Source of the DNA: the human T2T-CHM13v2.0 reference genome, Homo sapiens
Length of the DNA: 64,000 bases
Direction: 5' to 3' (one strand)
NCBI RefSeq assembly: GCF_009914755.1
Contig: NC_060929.1
The number at the start of each line of letters is the position of its first letter. Position 1 is the stretch's first letter. Position numbers and translations under genes: made by a program. Shown here in pieces: positions 40,419-58,270 of the stretch. The notes under the pieces were generated by a model, which saw nothing but the letters and a program-made list of their open reading frames with translations, was not told the origin of the DNA and did not search any database.

Positions 40419-43400
40419 GTTGTTTTTTGATGTTCTCTTTGCCATCAGATTTATTTAAGTCACTAAGTAGAGCTACTGCAAGCTGCTCTTCTTCCACCAA
40501 AGATACTGTGCCTTCTAACTCCTCTCTTCCCCAGAGTTTGTGCATCCCCAAATCCATTTTCTCTTTACCTGGCAAACTCATGCTCATCTTTCAGATACTA
40601 GCTTAAATAAATATTTCCTTTCTTTAACTTTTTCCAAGGTCTACCCCGTTTCACTTCTGGTAGAGATTTCAGCTGCACTAACTTTCCTAAATTAACTTTG
40701 GGGTATATATCAGTTTGGATACAGACAGAAAGCAAATTACTAGAGGTGGTAAAAACATAGGTAATTGCCATTTTTACTGGTCAGATTCAATTCAATATCA
40801 GCAATTTCATCTAATTTAAAATTTCACTCTAAACAGAGCAAGTTATTTCACCTAACTCTTTACATGTAACAGAAAAGCCAAAAAACTAAACACAGGATGG
40901 TGGGGCAACTCAGGTATTAGCAGCATTAAGGAACTGCTATCACCTTAGCACTAGAGGGACAAAGGGAGGAAGCCTGTTACTAGATCCCAGGGGTTGGCCC
41001 GTCTGGTAAGAGATGGAACCACAGCTGGTCTATAAGGCAGGAGCTGCAGCCACAGAGGAGTTTCAGGAGCATCCTGAGAATCCATCTGAAACAGAGAGGG
41101 AGAGAAACATTCCAATTTATCCCATCATCCTGCCCTCTAGTCTTCTGTCAGTGCTTCCCATTGACCAAGCTAATTGGAAGCCAGAGGACCAGGGAGCCTG
41201 GGAAATATATTTTATTACACAGAAGTGGAATAGTTAGGGAAGAGGAGTAGATTTGAGAAGAAACAGGTGAATGAAAAGCAGAGTATGGTTGTCTTATGTG
41301 TGACCTCAACTTGTTAGACATTTGCCTGGTCTTAGGCTTGATGCCTAGGGATGTGTTGCTCTACAGAGCTGAGCCCTCCACTCTCAGCACTTCTGTACAT
41401 CTTGAACTTAACACAGACAAATATGAGAATAGAACTTGCCAGAGTTCTCACATCCAGTTTTGGGATGAATTGCTACAGTTACAGCTCTCTCACCTTTAAC
41501 ATCAAAGAACAAAGTAAGAGCCCCTAACAATGAGCTCATGCTGAGCCACCAGTCCACTGGCCTCAAAGGAAAGCTCAGCAGATTTCTGCTTCCCAGGCAG
41601 AGAGATCAGAGGCGGGACCTGAGATTGCACACCTAACTGCAGGCATCTGGGCAGATGTACATTTGGCATGCAGAACAAGGGCTGCAGAAATGACAAGACA
41701 ATCCAGCACAGCCTGAAGGTAAGTTGCAAAAAGCACACCTTCAGTGACTCAGGGATGGGGCAGAAAGGGGGGATACGTCAGCTCACAGGATATATAACAT
41801 CCCTGTCACTTGAGCTTTGCAAGCTGTGTGTCTGGGTTTTAAATTTTAGAGATGAAATCCACTGTCAAATTAGGAATGGGTATCATTAGATTTTTACCAC
41901 TGGGATCACAGTAAACCCAGAAATGATTCTTTAATTAAGGACTTTAGATTGAGGCACCTCCCAATAGTAGAGGATAACTATACCTGCACTATGAAATAAA
42001 CTACACAAAGATTACTAAAAAGTTAACTAAAATGGAATTGCCTAGATGGCTATATGAAATTTGAATGTAAGTGGGCCATCTTGTTCTTGCCTTCAGATCC
42101 TTCTTAGCATTGTGCCATATTAAGCTAAACTGCCAAACCTTAAATAGTAATACAAGTATTTTTTGAAAGTCTCTTTATAATACTAAGGGTAAAGTTTGCA
42201 GAACCTTTTTAAACTTTTTCATGTCTTCCGGGCATTTCTTTTTCTTCATTTGTCCCTGCTTTTGCTTAAGTTAGTCATTCCCTGTTTCATTTTCTCCTGT
42301 CTTCTCTCTCTTTCTGAAGCTTCTCTGGGTAGCTGTGTCCTTTGTCTTGCAGATCTAACTGCTTTACTCATTTGCAATCCTATGTATCACTGCTCCAGAA
42401 AGCAAAAAACATAGTCATCAGGACTCATGATTTTTTGGAAGCTGAAAAGGAGGGAATGTTTTTGTGAAAAGCAGGGAATTCTAAACACACTTTTATTTTT
42501 ATGTTCCACATAAAAGATTCTATACACACTATGTAGAATATTCTGGTAGTCACTTTGAAGTTTTCTTCATTAGAGGAAAACAAATTTATTGGCCACATGA
42601 AGCTAAAAAATCTTTGCAAATTTCTGCCTTGAATCCTGTTCTTGGTTTAGCATTGTGCATTTTATTTAGTGTTACCAAGCTGATCAAGCAACTCAAATAA
42701 ACATAGCTGTTCTCAGGCCTCCTGGAACCTTCCCAGAAAGTCCAAATAGAACCATTGGGTCTAAGAACAGTTCATTAAAATATAAAAAGCAAGCAATTCT
42801 CTAGATGTCTCTTTCTGTTCTCTCACTGGTAAAGTTAACCCTCTAGGATCTCAATTCTACTACAATCTCTGGTCAGAAGACCCTGTCTGGCACCTCCAAT
42901 GGATAAAAAAAGAGCCTCTTTAGATCACATTGCTTTGGATTTAGAAGATGAAGTTTCTGTGCCTGTCAGCAGCAGCAATAAAGACTCTGTTAAAGCTCAA
43001 CCCTCATTCCCAGGGAGGGTGAGATAGTCAGTAGCACTCAGAGATAAGGGAAGAGAAGATGATGGAGGTGTCTGGGGAGGAATGGTGGGATTCATCAAGA
43101 AGCCACCGAATTCAGGAAGCAAACAAGCAGATGGGATTAGGTGGGCAAGTGGGACCAAGATTTCCTAAAAGGTGCATAAATTGGGATTTGCACAAAGTAT
43201 GTATAAGATTATACATAATTTTCTCCATAGATAAATAGAAAATCCACATTTTATATATATATACACACATATATATAAACACACACATTTATGTATCATA
43301 TATATATATAAAAATCTATCTACCAATCAATTGTATGAGCTAGATATAAAATTTTCAGAATAATTCTTTGTTTTGATAACTTAAATTTAAAAATGTAAAA

Positions 43401-44174
43401 TGTAAATTCTACCTATTCTACTTACTTAACATTTTGGGGCAGCAAAAGCAAAAATATATTTAGTTTTATTATCTACATAATTAACATACCAGTTTGCACT
43501 ATGTGACATAATACAATTAAGAATAATAAAATCTACCTCCTGTGAAGAAACTCCAACATCATGTTGCAGATACCTAATAAGTATAGATTAAAAATAGTGT
43601 CAAACATTGAAAGATGAGAATGTTTAATTCATGAAATAAAAATGTCCAGGAACCACAGAGCCTACAGTTTTGCTAATGGTTATTTTTTTGTCTTCACTAA
43701 ACGTTACCTCCTCATGCGTGGTGTGTACACTCTAATATATAGGGGATATAGGTGACTCTATTGTAAACAGCTCCCACTAATAATTATAGACTGGTTTCTG
43801 TATGACAATAAAGAATGGGTTCCCTAAGGCCCACAGAGAAGAAAACAAGCTGCCCAAATAGCTATGAATCCATTCTGCTCCCTCTGCCCAGAGAAAGTGC
43901 TCTGCAGTGATAATAAGGATTGAGATGAGTGGATGGAAATGTAATTTGTTTTTAAGCATTGAGGTCACAAACTTAGCCATTAAGTATGGCTAAAAGAAAA
44001 AACAAAATTAAAGTACAGGGGTGGGAGGTGGGGAGGGAGAATACCAGTGATGATGACGTGTGAAAAATAATGAATCATTTTATAGTTTAGGATTAAAGTT
44101 CAGAAAGTAGAAGATTGCCTATCTATATATATTTGGGTTTTTACAGACGTACCTAAAAAAAACAAAGTATCTTC

Positions 44175-44585
44175 TTTCACTCGCGTCCGTGTGAAGAGAC
44201 CACCAAACAGGCTTTGTGTGAGCAATAAAGCTTTTAATCACCTGGGTGCAGGCAGGCTGAGTCTGAAAAGAGACTCAGCGAAGGGAAATGGGGGTGGGAC
44301 CGTTTTATAAGACTTGGGTAGGTAAAGGAAAATTACAGTCAAAGGGGGGTTTTTCTCTGGTGGGCAGGAGTGGGGTCACAAGGTGCTCAGTAGGGGAGCT
44401 TTTGAGCCAGGATGAGCCAGGAGAAGGAAATTCACAATATAATATCATCAGTTAAGGCAGGAACAGGCCATTTTCACTTCTTTTGTGGTGGAATGTCATC
44501 AGTTAAGGCAGGAACCGGCCATCTGTATGTGTACGTGCAGGTCACAGAGGATATGATGGCTTAGCTTGGGCTCAGAGGCCTGACA
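44175..44585 (-). mobile_element. HERV-H solo LTR (LTR7B/LTR7Y-like)
   Basis: Reverse complement starts TGTCAGGCCTCTGAGCCCAAGCTAAGCC and ends CTCTTCACACGGACGCGAGTGAAA; duplicated catcagttaaggcaggaac block; TSD tcttc / ccttc. Confidence 0.92.
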
Positions 44586-44860
44586 CCTTCTTCCTAAAAA
44601 ATAGAAGTATAGGCATGCACACATGCACACACACACACACACACTAAGTCTCTGTATATATTCATATCTCTATATATTTATGTGTGTATATATATATAAA
44701 ACATGTGTGTATATATGTGCGTGTGTTTATGTATGTATAAAAGAGTGAGTATACAGTATAAAGAAAAAAATGGACTATCAAATTCAAATATAGTTTCTTC
44801 CCTTTACCAGCTTGTGATACTGTGATTTTGGGCAAGTGGCTTAAAATCCTCTCACAAGTA

Positions 44861-44943
44861 TTAGGTTGAATTATATGAAATTTCCATTTTTATGGGTCAA
44901 AAATTGCTGGACAGTAGCAACTGTCCTATTGTCCAACATCATA
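44861..44943. mobile_element. MADE2-like mariner MITE within a MIR
   Basis: TA followed by ttaggttgaattatatgaaatttcc...; about 80 bp with degenerate inverted ends. Confidence 0.6.
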
Positions 44944-46743
44944 AAATGAAGGGAAAAAGGAGTAAATAACGCTTCACAGAGTTGTGGGAAGAGTTTAACA
45001 GTACACATAAATTACATAGGATGGTTCGTGGCACATACTAAGTATGTATATATTTTATTAAATATGCAGTTTTCAATTTTAACACAATATTGAATTTTGA
45101 ATAATATGTCAAGTGCAAGTGAACTTTTGAAGGTTTTTTATAGCCTTCAGTTCTGTTCTATAAAATAAGTGATAGAGTTATTGATAATGGAATATCTGCA
45201 TAAACATGACAATAACAACAACTAAACAAAAATGACCTCACAAACTGGTTATTTTTCCCTATAAAAATTATTCTTTCCCACTTGAGACTTGATACTTGGA
45301 TGTATGGAGAACCATGCTATTTAGGTAATATGAATGAAATTCCATTATACACTAAAAAGAAAGGGCCCCATTCTCTGTTCCTTTTCTTGCCTGAAAAATA
45401 GAGTTATTACCTGAATCAAAGTTCTTCATTTCAAATCACCTCATGGAATAGAACCAAACAGGTAGGTAATTGAGTATCCACTTAAACTGATGGAGTAATA
45501 GAAATGATTCATGTCAGTTAGAATTAAAGAACACACTTTATTTGGGAAGTCAATCACATTAAAATGATACAATGAAAGAAAAATGCAGAGACATTTCCCA
45601 ATACAAAACCATAAAAATACGAAGCTGTTGAATCTTCTACCCCAGAAATCCTGAGGCCTCCATAACAGTCTTGGGCTCTGACTTGTCCAGCTGACTCATA
45701 CCACTTTGCACCTTACATAATAACTAAAGGAGAGAACGCTTCTATGTGAGTTATTTCCAGCTAACAGAATGTGAGAGGAAGTGGAGTCCACTACAGCACT
45801 ACCTCCAGGTGGAGGCCACAGTAACTTCCCACACTGATCCTTCCTGATTTCCTTTGATGCAGGAATGATGCAGATGAACTTAGTGACTTTGGCAGCCATG
45901 GGTTAAAAATAACTTGGAATGAGCCTGATTTCTTCCATTAGTACTTACAGAAGAGCTGTCTGCTGACTAGGAATGCCTATTCTGAAATCCACATTAGGAA
46001 GAAACAAACTTCTCTTGTGTTAAGCCAGTGAAATAACTAACTGCCTTTTGAATATGTAATACTGGAATTGTCACAAGCACATATAATTCAAGGTATCTAA
46101 AATGGAACTAACCCATAATTTTTCTCCCTAAATCTTCTCTTCCTCTCCCCAAGATTTGTGGTTTCAGTGATGACATCATTGTCTTTCCAATTACTCAAGC
46201 TATAAACTTTGGTTTGCTATTAATGCCCCCAACTCCCTCAAGGAAAAAATCAGAAACCAAGCTCTCTAGTGTGAACTACAAAATGTCACTTAAAATCATT
46301 TTTTAACTTTTCATAGCACTATTATCTCCTAAATTTAAACTGTGTGTCTCTAACCTGTTTTATTTCCTTATTTTCCCACCTGGTCTCCTGTGTCTTGCCT
46401 TTAGAATAATCTGTCCCTGAAACTGCCATTGGAGCAATATAGCTGAAACACAAATCCTATCAATTCCATACATAACATATTAATAATTCTTTACTGACCA
46501 TGAGTATAATGTCATTATATTCTGGATTTTCTTCTTTTATGTCATTATATTCTGGATTCAATCACTTTTATTGCTCTATTCTCTCACTGCTTCTCCCAGA
46601 AACATCTACTGTAGATTAAGGCCTTATGAGGCTCTACACCTTTTCATGGGCTGGTTCCTCATCTTGGAATTCACCTCTCCTGAGCCCCTGTAGTGTAGAC
46701 ATCCTGAGAATGTAAAGGTCATAGGATGTAGAATCAAACTGAG

Positions 46744-47215
46744 TGTGATGGTTTATACTGAGTGTGAACATGATTGGATTGAAGGATACAAAGTATTGAT
46801 CCTGGGTGTGTCGGTGAGAGTGTTGCCAAAGGAGATTAACATTTGAGTCAGTGGACTGGGAAAGGCAGATCCACCCTTAATCTGGGTGGGCACAATCTAA
46901 TGAGCTGCCAGTGCAGCTAGAATATAAGCAGGCAGAAAAAGGTGAAAAGAGAGACTGGCCTAGCCTCCCAGCCTACATCTTTTTCTGGTGCTGAATGCTC
47001 CATGCCCTCAAACATGGGACTCCAAGTTCTTCAGTTTTGGAACTCAGATTGGTTCTCCTTGCTCCTCAGCCTGCAGATGGCCTATTGTGGGACCTTGTGA
47101 TGCTGTGAGTTAATACTTAATAAACTCCCAAATATGCATACATAGATATATATATATGTGTATATAGATATATATGTACATATACAAGTTCTGTCCCTCT
47201 AGAGAACCTTGACCA
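46744..47215 (+). mobile_element. MLT2A1-like solo LTR (HERV-L)
   Basis: TGTGATGGTTTATACTGAGTGT...TGATTGGATTGAAGGATACAAAGTATTG...; internal TA tract; 5-bp TSD CTGAG (46739-46743 / 47216-47220). Confidence 0.92.
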
Positions 47216-47729
47216 CTGAGCATGGTCAAATAAAGAACTTGGCTCTTTATGCTGAATGAATGCTTTAGAAAAAATCCTAATGACTCTGAGGAAATATTAA
47301 TTCCTACCTGTGAACAAGCATATATATATGTATATTTAATGAGAAATGAAAGAAAAAGATAGCAAACAAAGCAGTTCCCTTCAGACACTGAAGTCAGGCT
47401 AGAATTCCCACCTTCACCTGTTCGCAGCCTGCCTGCTGCTCTTGCTCAGTGAGGTAATAAAGTAAGTATGTTTCTAACCCTTGCTTTCTACTTTTCTTAT
47501 GTTCACAGCAAACACGTAGGTGTATTCTTAGCATATCTCAGGTGTGTCTTCAGCTTAGAGATATTTTCCCCCACAATTCAATAAAGAGAGTTATGGCCTT
47601 GTAAAGTCAAGTGCAGCAGTTCCACCAGTCTTCAGCCAGCTTAGAACCACTAATTCCTGGACATTTAGCCAGATAGTGGACTTTAGGAGCATCCTTTGCT
47701 CCCAGATTTTAACTTAAGAGTCTGAGGGC

Positions 47730-48682
47730 TCTTGTAAGGCAGGCCTGGTGTTGACAAAATCGCTCAGCATTTCCTTGTCTATAAAGGATTTTATTTCTCC
47801 TTCACTTATGAAGTTTAGTTTGGCTGGATATGAAATTCTGGGTTGAAAATTCTTTTCTTTAAGAATGTTGAATATTGGCCCCCACTCTCTTCTGGCTTGT
47901 AGAGTTTCTGCCAAGAGATCTGCTGTTAGTCTGATGGGCTTCCCTTTGTGGGTAACCCGACCTTTCTCTCTGGCTGCCCTGAACATTTTTTCCTTCATTT
48001 CAACTTTGGTGAATCTGACAATTTTGTGCTTTGGAGTCGCTCTTCTTGAGGAGTATCTCTGTGGCGTTCTCTGTATTTCCTGAATTTTAATGTTGGCCTG
48101 CCTTGCTAGGTTGGGGAAGTTCTCCTGGATAATGTCCTGCAGAGTGTTTTCTAACTTGGTTCCATTCTCCCCATCACTTTCAGGTACACCAATCAGACAT
48201 AGATTTGGTCTTTTCACATAGTCCTATATTTCTTGGAGGCTTTGTTCATTTCCTTTTACTCTTTTTTCTCTAAACTTCTCTTCTCGCTTCATTTCATTCA
48301 TTTGATCTTCAATCACTGATACCCTTTCTTCCAGTTGATTGAATCGGCTACTGAAGCTTGTGCATGCATCAAGTAGTTCTCATGCCATGCTTTTCAGCTC
48401 CATCAGGCCATTTAAGGTCTTCTCTATGCTGTTTATTCTAGTTAGCCATTCGTCTAATATTTTTTCAAGGTTTTCAGCTTCTTTGCAATGGGTTCGAACA
48501 TCCTCCTTTAGCTTGGAGAAGTTTGTTATTACCGATCTTCTGAAGCCTTCTTCTCTCCACTCATCAAAGTCATTCTCTGTCCAGCTTTGTTCCATTGCTG
48601 GCGAGGAGCTGCATTCCTTTGGAGGAGAAGAGGCACTCTGATTTTTAGAATTTTCAGCTTTTCTGCTCTGGTTTCTCCCCAT
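47730..48682 (-). pseudogene. L1 ORF1, disrupted and lacking its C-terminal end
   Basis: ORFs 48380-48682 (MGRNQSRKAENSK...) and 47714-48217 (KRPNL...REKG...ARREW...YPAKL); internal stop. Confidence 0.9.
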
Positions 48683-49232
48683 CTTTGTGGTTTTATCTAC
48701 CTTTGGTCTTTGATGACTATGACGTACAGATGGGGTTTTGGTGTGGATGTCCTTTCTGTTTGTTAGTTTTCCTTCTAATAGACAGGACCCTCAGCTGCAG
48801 GTCTGCTTGAGTTTGCTGGAGGTCCACTCCAGACCCTGTTTGCCTGGGCATCACCAGCAGAGGCTGCAGAACAGCAAATATTGCAGAACAGTAAATGTTG
48901 CTTCCTGATCCTTCCTCTGGAAGCTTATTCTGATAGGGGCACTAGCTGTATGAAGTGTCAGTCGGCCCCTACTGGGAGATGTCTCCCAGTTAGGCTACTC
49001 GGGGATCAGGGACCCACTTGAGGAGGCAGACTGTCCGTTCTCAGATCTCAAACTCCATGCTGGGAGAACCACTACTCTCATCAAAGCTGTCAGACAGGGA
49101 CGTTTAAGTCTGCAGAAGTTTATGCTGCCTTTTGTTCAGCTGTGCCCTGCCCCTAGAGATGGAGTCTACAGAGGCAGGAAGGCATCCTTGAGCTGCAGTG
49201 GGCTGCTTTGTTTACCTACTCAAGCCTCAGCA

Positions 49233-49415
49233 ATGGCAGATGCCCCTCCCCCAGCCTTGCTGCCACTTTGCAGTTTGATCTCAGACTGCTGTGCTAGCAA
49301 TGAGCAAGGCTCCATGGGTGTGGGACCCTCTGAGTCATGCACGGGATATAATCTCCTGGTGTGCCATTTGCTAAGACCATTGGAAAAGAGCAGTATTACG
49401 GTGGGAGTGTCCTGA
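49233..49415 (+). pseudogene. L1 ORF0 homolog, 60 aa, truncated
   Basis: MADAPPPALLPLCSLISDCCASNEQGSMGVGPSE... aligns with primate L1 ORF0 (MAGAPPPASLPPCSLISDCCASNQRDSVGVGPSE...). Confidence 0.75.
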
Positions 49416-49655
49416 TTTTCCAGGTACTGTCTGTCATGGCTTCCCTTGGCTAGGAAAGGGAATTCTCCGACTCCTTGCACTTCCTGGGTGGGGCGATGCC
49501 CTGCCCTGCTTCGTGTGCTGTACCCACTGTCTGACAAGCCCCAGAGAGATGAACCTGGTACCTCAGTTGGAAATGCAGAAATCACCCATCTTCTGCATCG
49601 ATCATACTGGGAGCTGTAGACTGGAGCTGTTCCTATTCGGCCATCTTAGAACCTC

Positions 49656-53768
<4,113 letters not shown>

Positions 53769-56700
53769 AAGAGTCGGACGGCATTTTCCCTCTAATGTAA
53801 CACCCTATACGCCCTTCACTAGAGTTTAGGCCAACAGTGTTTGTGGAACAGAGTATATTTCATCTCCATAATCTATCATAGTATGGAATGTATGTTTTCC
53901 CACTAGAATGGGTGTGTTTTTTTTTGTTCATGCCCATTCTTAACTGTTTATGCTGTTTATTGTTTTTAAAATTTAGCTATTGATAGATTTTGTTGCATTT
54001 GCCCCTGAATATTTTTTTTAAAGAAGGAATTCTTAATGAAGTCCTACATATTCCCCAAGATTCAGGTCAGATGTTATTCTCTATATTAAGATTTTCTTAT
54101 TCTGTTTGACTCAAAAACTAATAATCTTGCCCATAGTTGTTGCCTTGGAAGGTAGACTGTAGATTTATCATAAATTTGTTTCTTTTCCTTCTGCTACATA
54201 TTATATTTGTTCTTCATAATTGTATATCCCTTTACTAATCATGTAATCTTAAGAGCAACTATGTTTATCTTTATATTCCTCTAGCATTAGCAAGTGACCA
54301 AATTCACGTATACACCTGCTTTATTTACACTTTACCTATAGAACAAGTCACCACATGAGTTTTAAAAATATTTTCTCATTTAAGTTGAATTGTCTTCTCA
54401 AATGTTAAATTTATTTCTCTGCACAACTTAATGCTGACATGTAAGTAGTTGTAAGTATGAAAGTTAGAATTCATCATGTGCTGGGCAGGAATGGAAAAGT
54501 TATGTTTCCAGTGAATACCAATAAATCCAGTGCAAATATTTTCTTTTAGCATTCCTGGCCAACTATGCCCCAGTTAAATGCAGTGGCAATTTTTCTCCAA
54601 GTTTTTTGTTTTGTTTTGTTTTTATCTGCAGACTATTATTATAATGTACTACTGAAATGGGCAAAACCCAGTTCAAACAAGTTTAATTACAGCTCACTAT
54701 TTGCTTGCTCTCTAAGAATATAAGAATGTTAAAGCATTTTCCTAAGTTTCACTCACTAACATGGTCCTAAATAGCAATCTTTCTCCAATTGACATGGTTT
54801 CATTTTGGTCCTCTGCAGACATCAGTGGCTGTAGATCATTCACAAGATGTGGTGTAGTGAAAGAGTAGACAAAGAGTCACTGATTGTCAGTCTTTAGTAC
54901 ATGCTCCAAATAAATCATTAGACTCGCTATTTTGGCTCACACTTAAATGTACCAGTGGAAGAACTAACCTGAATTTATAAATACTTTTTTTCTTCATGTG
55001 ATTGAAAAAGAAATTTAAAAAAATGTCAGCAGAATATACCTTGCTCAATTCTATGGTTTTATTAAAACTACTGAATGGTATTGTATATGCATTTGATTAA
55101 TTTCACTGTATTAATGTCACTTTTCTTCATCTCAAAAAATGTGAATCTAGTTCCCAGTTGACAACCTGGAATTAACTAGCGTATATTAGAGCAACAGTTC
55201 TAAATTTGTGGAATCTCGTACCCCTTAAGAGTCTAAGAAATGTTTTAGATTTTATCTTTAGAAAAAGGTATATAAACAAAAGTACATAAATTTTCATAAA
55301 ATTTTCAAGAATTCTTTTCTAGAAGGACAGTTGACCCCAAGTTAAAAACACATTTTATGAAGAATTTGAATCCTTAATTGCTAGTAATTCTGCATACTTC
55401 AAACTCTACTAGAGCTAGAAATCTAAATCTTTAGCAAAATAAATACCTCATGATAATATATTTTCTATTTATTTTTGTGAAAGCAATAATTAGTATGAAG
55501 TTGATTGCAACAAAATGAGGAAGAAAATAGCAAAAGTAGAAAATATGTAATTAAATAGATTTGTGGCCTTTTGCCTTACTGTGGAATACTTACATCTAGG
55601 TATGATGAATGACCATATCTATCCTAAGACAGCTGACTGGCACAGTAGAAATGACGTCTTTTCAAATACATGTTTTATATAAACAGAAAGCAAAACCACA
55701 GAATTATAAAGATATTTTACATTCTGATGAAAATAGCTACAGCATAATTTTCTGCCATTTCTTCATTCAAAATGATCTTATTTTTCATTTTTTATTTTAA
55801 AATATTTTATTGACAAATAAAGATTAAATATATTCAAGGTGTACAACATAATGATGCCATATACATATGCATTGTGTAATGAGAACTTACGGAGCTCTTT
55901 GTACTTAACACTGCAGAGGGACATGAATAAAAATAGCACATGCTCATTATATTCAGGGAATTTTTAAATCTATTTGAGCTGCTTACAATTTCCTTTTGGC
56001 AGGTAAAAATGGAAAGGTCATCAAATTTATCTACTCCACTCTCCCCATCGTTATTTTTTTTTCTAATAAAACCATTGTAGACATCACAGTAAAACTTTTT
56101 GCCTATTTAAATAATCTATAAATCATGCTATGCCTTATGTTCTGAAGAAGTGAATTGAGAATGTGCTACTTTTTTTTTAAACCTGTGTTACTGGGGCAAA
56201 GAGATTCAGAATATCCTTTATGATACAATGAATAAAGTCTATCTTTACATCAATGTAAAATTGTTAAAGTCATCATGAACACAAGAGGACAAAGTACCAT
56301 TTGGAACATCATATCTAATAATCTGGATTTGTTTAGCATATTTTATTGTCACTTTTTTTGTTTCTCCTGAAAAACAAAAAAGCTATTAAGTGAGGTTAAG
56401 ATTAATAATAGAGGTTTGGGGAAAACCCTTCCAGTCTGAAAGGAAATTTGGTTTGACCTCTAAGTCGAAGAGATGAAGAGGGTTGAAAAAGAAACAATGT
56501 ATCAGTGTTGAGAATATTTTTTCTGAGAAAAGCACCAAAGGGCACGAATGTGTTTTTTTCTCTTCCGTGCTTTAATCCTGGTAAACATCAGAAATCGCAG
56601 AGAGAAATATTGCAGATCTGTTTGGATGACAGTAATGGCTAAACTACGGATATGTTTTCTTTATTTGACCACCTGCACACTATGACTCAAAAATTCTAAC

Positions 56701-57894
56701 AAAGTCTTTTGAAAAATATTCCAATCTACTTACTGGTGCCCACTTTTTTTTTTTGACAGTTTAGTATATATTTTAAATAGACAAATATATGGGAGCGAAG
56801 TGTAAAATCATTTCAGATCATTGCAATATTAATTTCTTGGAAATTACTTTGAGTGAATCTAGATTGGTGGTGAAGCCCTAACCACTAGAAACGGTCAAGC
56901 TGGTTTATAGCTTAAGTCAGAGAAAAGAAACATTAAAGCAATGCTGCAATTAAATGACCCCATTTCTTCCCGAAAAGATAATATATTTATATTATATATC
57001 AAAACAGGTCTTTGAAAACAAAAAGCTATTAATTTGCCTGCAGTTTTTATAAACATGAACCTAGATGGTCTTTCAGTTAAGTAAGATACTGGTATTTATC
57101 TATGATGTTCACTGTGATGCTGTCCAAGAAGATTCTTTATCTTAGGAGACCCTTTAAAAAGCTTCAAGGGCTGCAGTGTCCTTGTAGTGATGAAGGATTT
57201 ATTTGCAATGTTAAACCTCTAGTTGGGCTAAATTTTGAAAACTCTTTTATTGACAAAGTATTTCTAGTGCTTGGCAACACATCGAGTTTTATTGTCTTCT
57301 ATATTGCCATGCATTAGCATTAAAAACACAGCCAAAATATCTGAAAGAAATGTTGTCGACTGTCGTAAGATTTATCAAATTCATCGGCACCAGGGACTTA
57401 AATCACTTCCTTCTTAAATAGTACTGTCAAAAATCAGTGCAGAATATGAAGCCCTTTCCCACTACCAATAAGTTCACTCTACTCTCAAGGACAAGTCTTA
57501 AAGAGCAAGATCAAACTGAGGACAGAATTTTCACGTTTTTTGAAGTCTTCTATTAAAATAATTTCAAATGGAGAATTTGGCAAATATTTTTCTTCACTTG
57601 AATACAATGAATCTTTTGATCAGAGCCTTGCAGCCACCATAATTAATATTGCAGAAAACTGGAGGCCTTTGGCCCAGTTGCCAAGATGAAAGAGGATACT
57701 AGAGGTAGGAACTTTGATTGTATTCTTCTTAATAGTTTCCAATGCTGGAGCAGTGCTTGCTTGGATAAGAATCCACAATTACAAAGGCTTTCAATTTCCA
57801 AACACATAAGAATCCTCAGACACCAAAGAAAATCTCTTTGATTTTATTTCCATTGAAGAATTAACATAGAAATATAGATTTTTAATTTCAAAAC

Positions 57895-58270
57895 TGTATT
57901 ATTAGTCTGCTTGGGCTGCCATAACAGAATACCACAGATTGGGTAGCTTAAACAACAGAAATGTATTTCCTTACAGTTCTTGAAGCTGGAAGTCCATGAT
58001 CCAGATGCTAGCAGGGTTGGTTTCTCCTCAGGCCCCTCTTCCTGGCTTGCAAACTACCACCTTGCTCTTTCCTCATATGGCCTTACTTTTGTTGTGTGCA
58101 CTTTTGGTGTCTCTAATTCAAGGACATCAATTGTAGTGGATTAGAGCCCTGCCCTTTTGACCTCATTTCATCTGAATTACCTTCTTATAGGCTCTACCTC
58201 CAAATACAGACACATTAAGAGCTAAATTTCCACCTGTGCATTTTGGGGAGATACACTTCAGTCCATGACA
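57895..58270 (-). mobile_element. MLT1A-like LTR
   Basis: ttagtctgcttgggctgccataacagaataccacag...cacttcagtccatgaca. Confidence 0.85.

Larger units (their letters stand above)
47730..49655 (-). mobile_element. Inverted 5' half (entire 5'UTR plus most of ORF1) of a near-complete L1PA5-7-like element
   Basis: Reverse complement starts GAGGTTCTAAGATGGCCGAATAGGAACAGCTCC at 49655; ORF1 ATG at 48682; retains the roughly 129-bp 5'UTR block (about 48810-48940) lost in L1PA2/L1HS. Confidence 0.95.
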
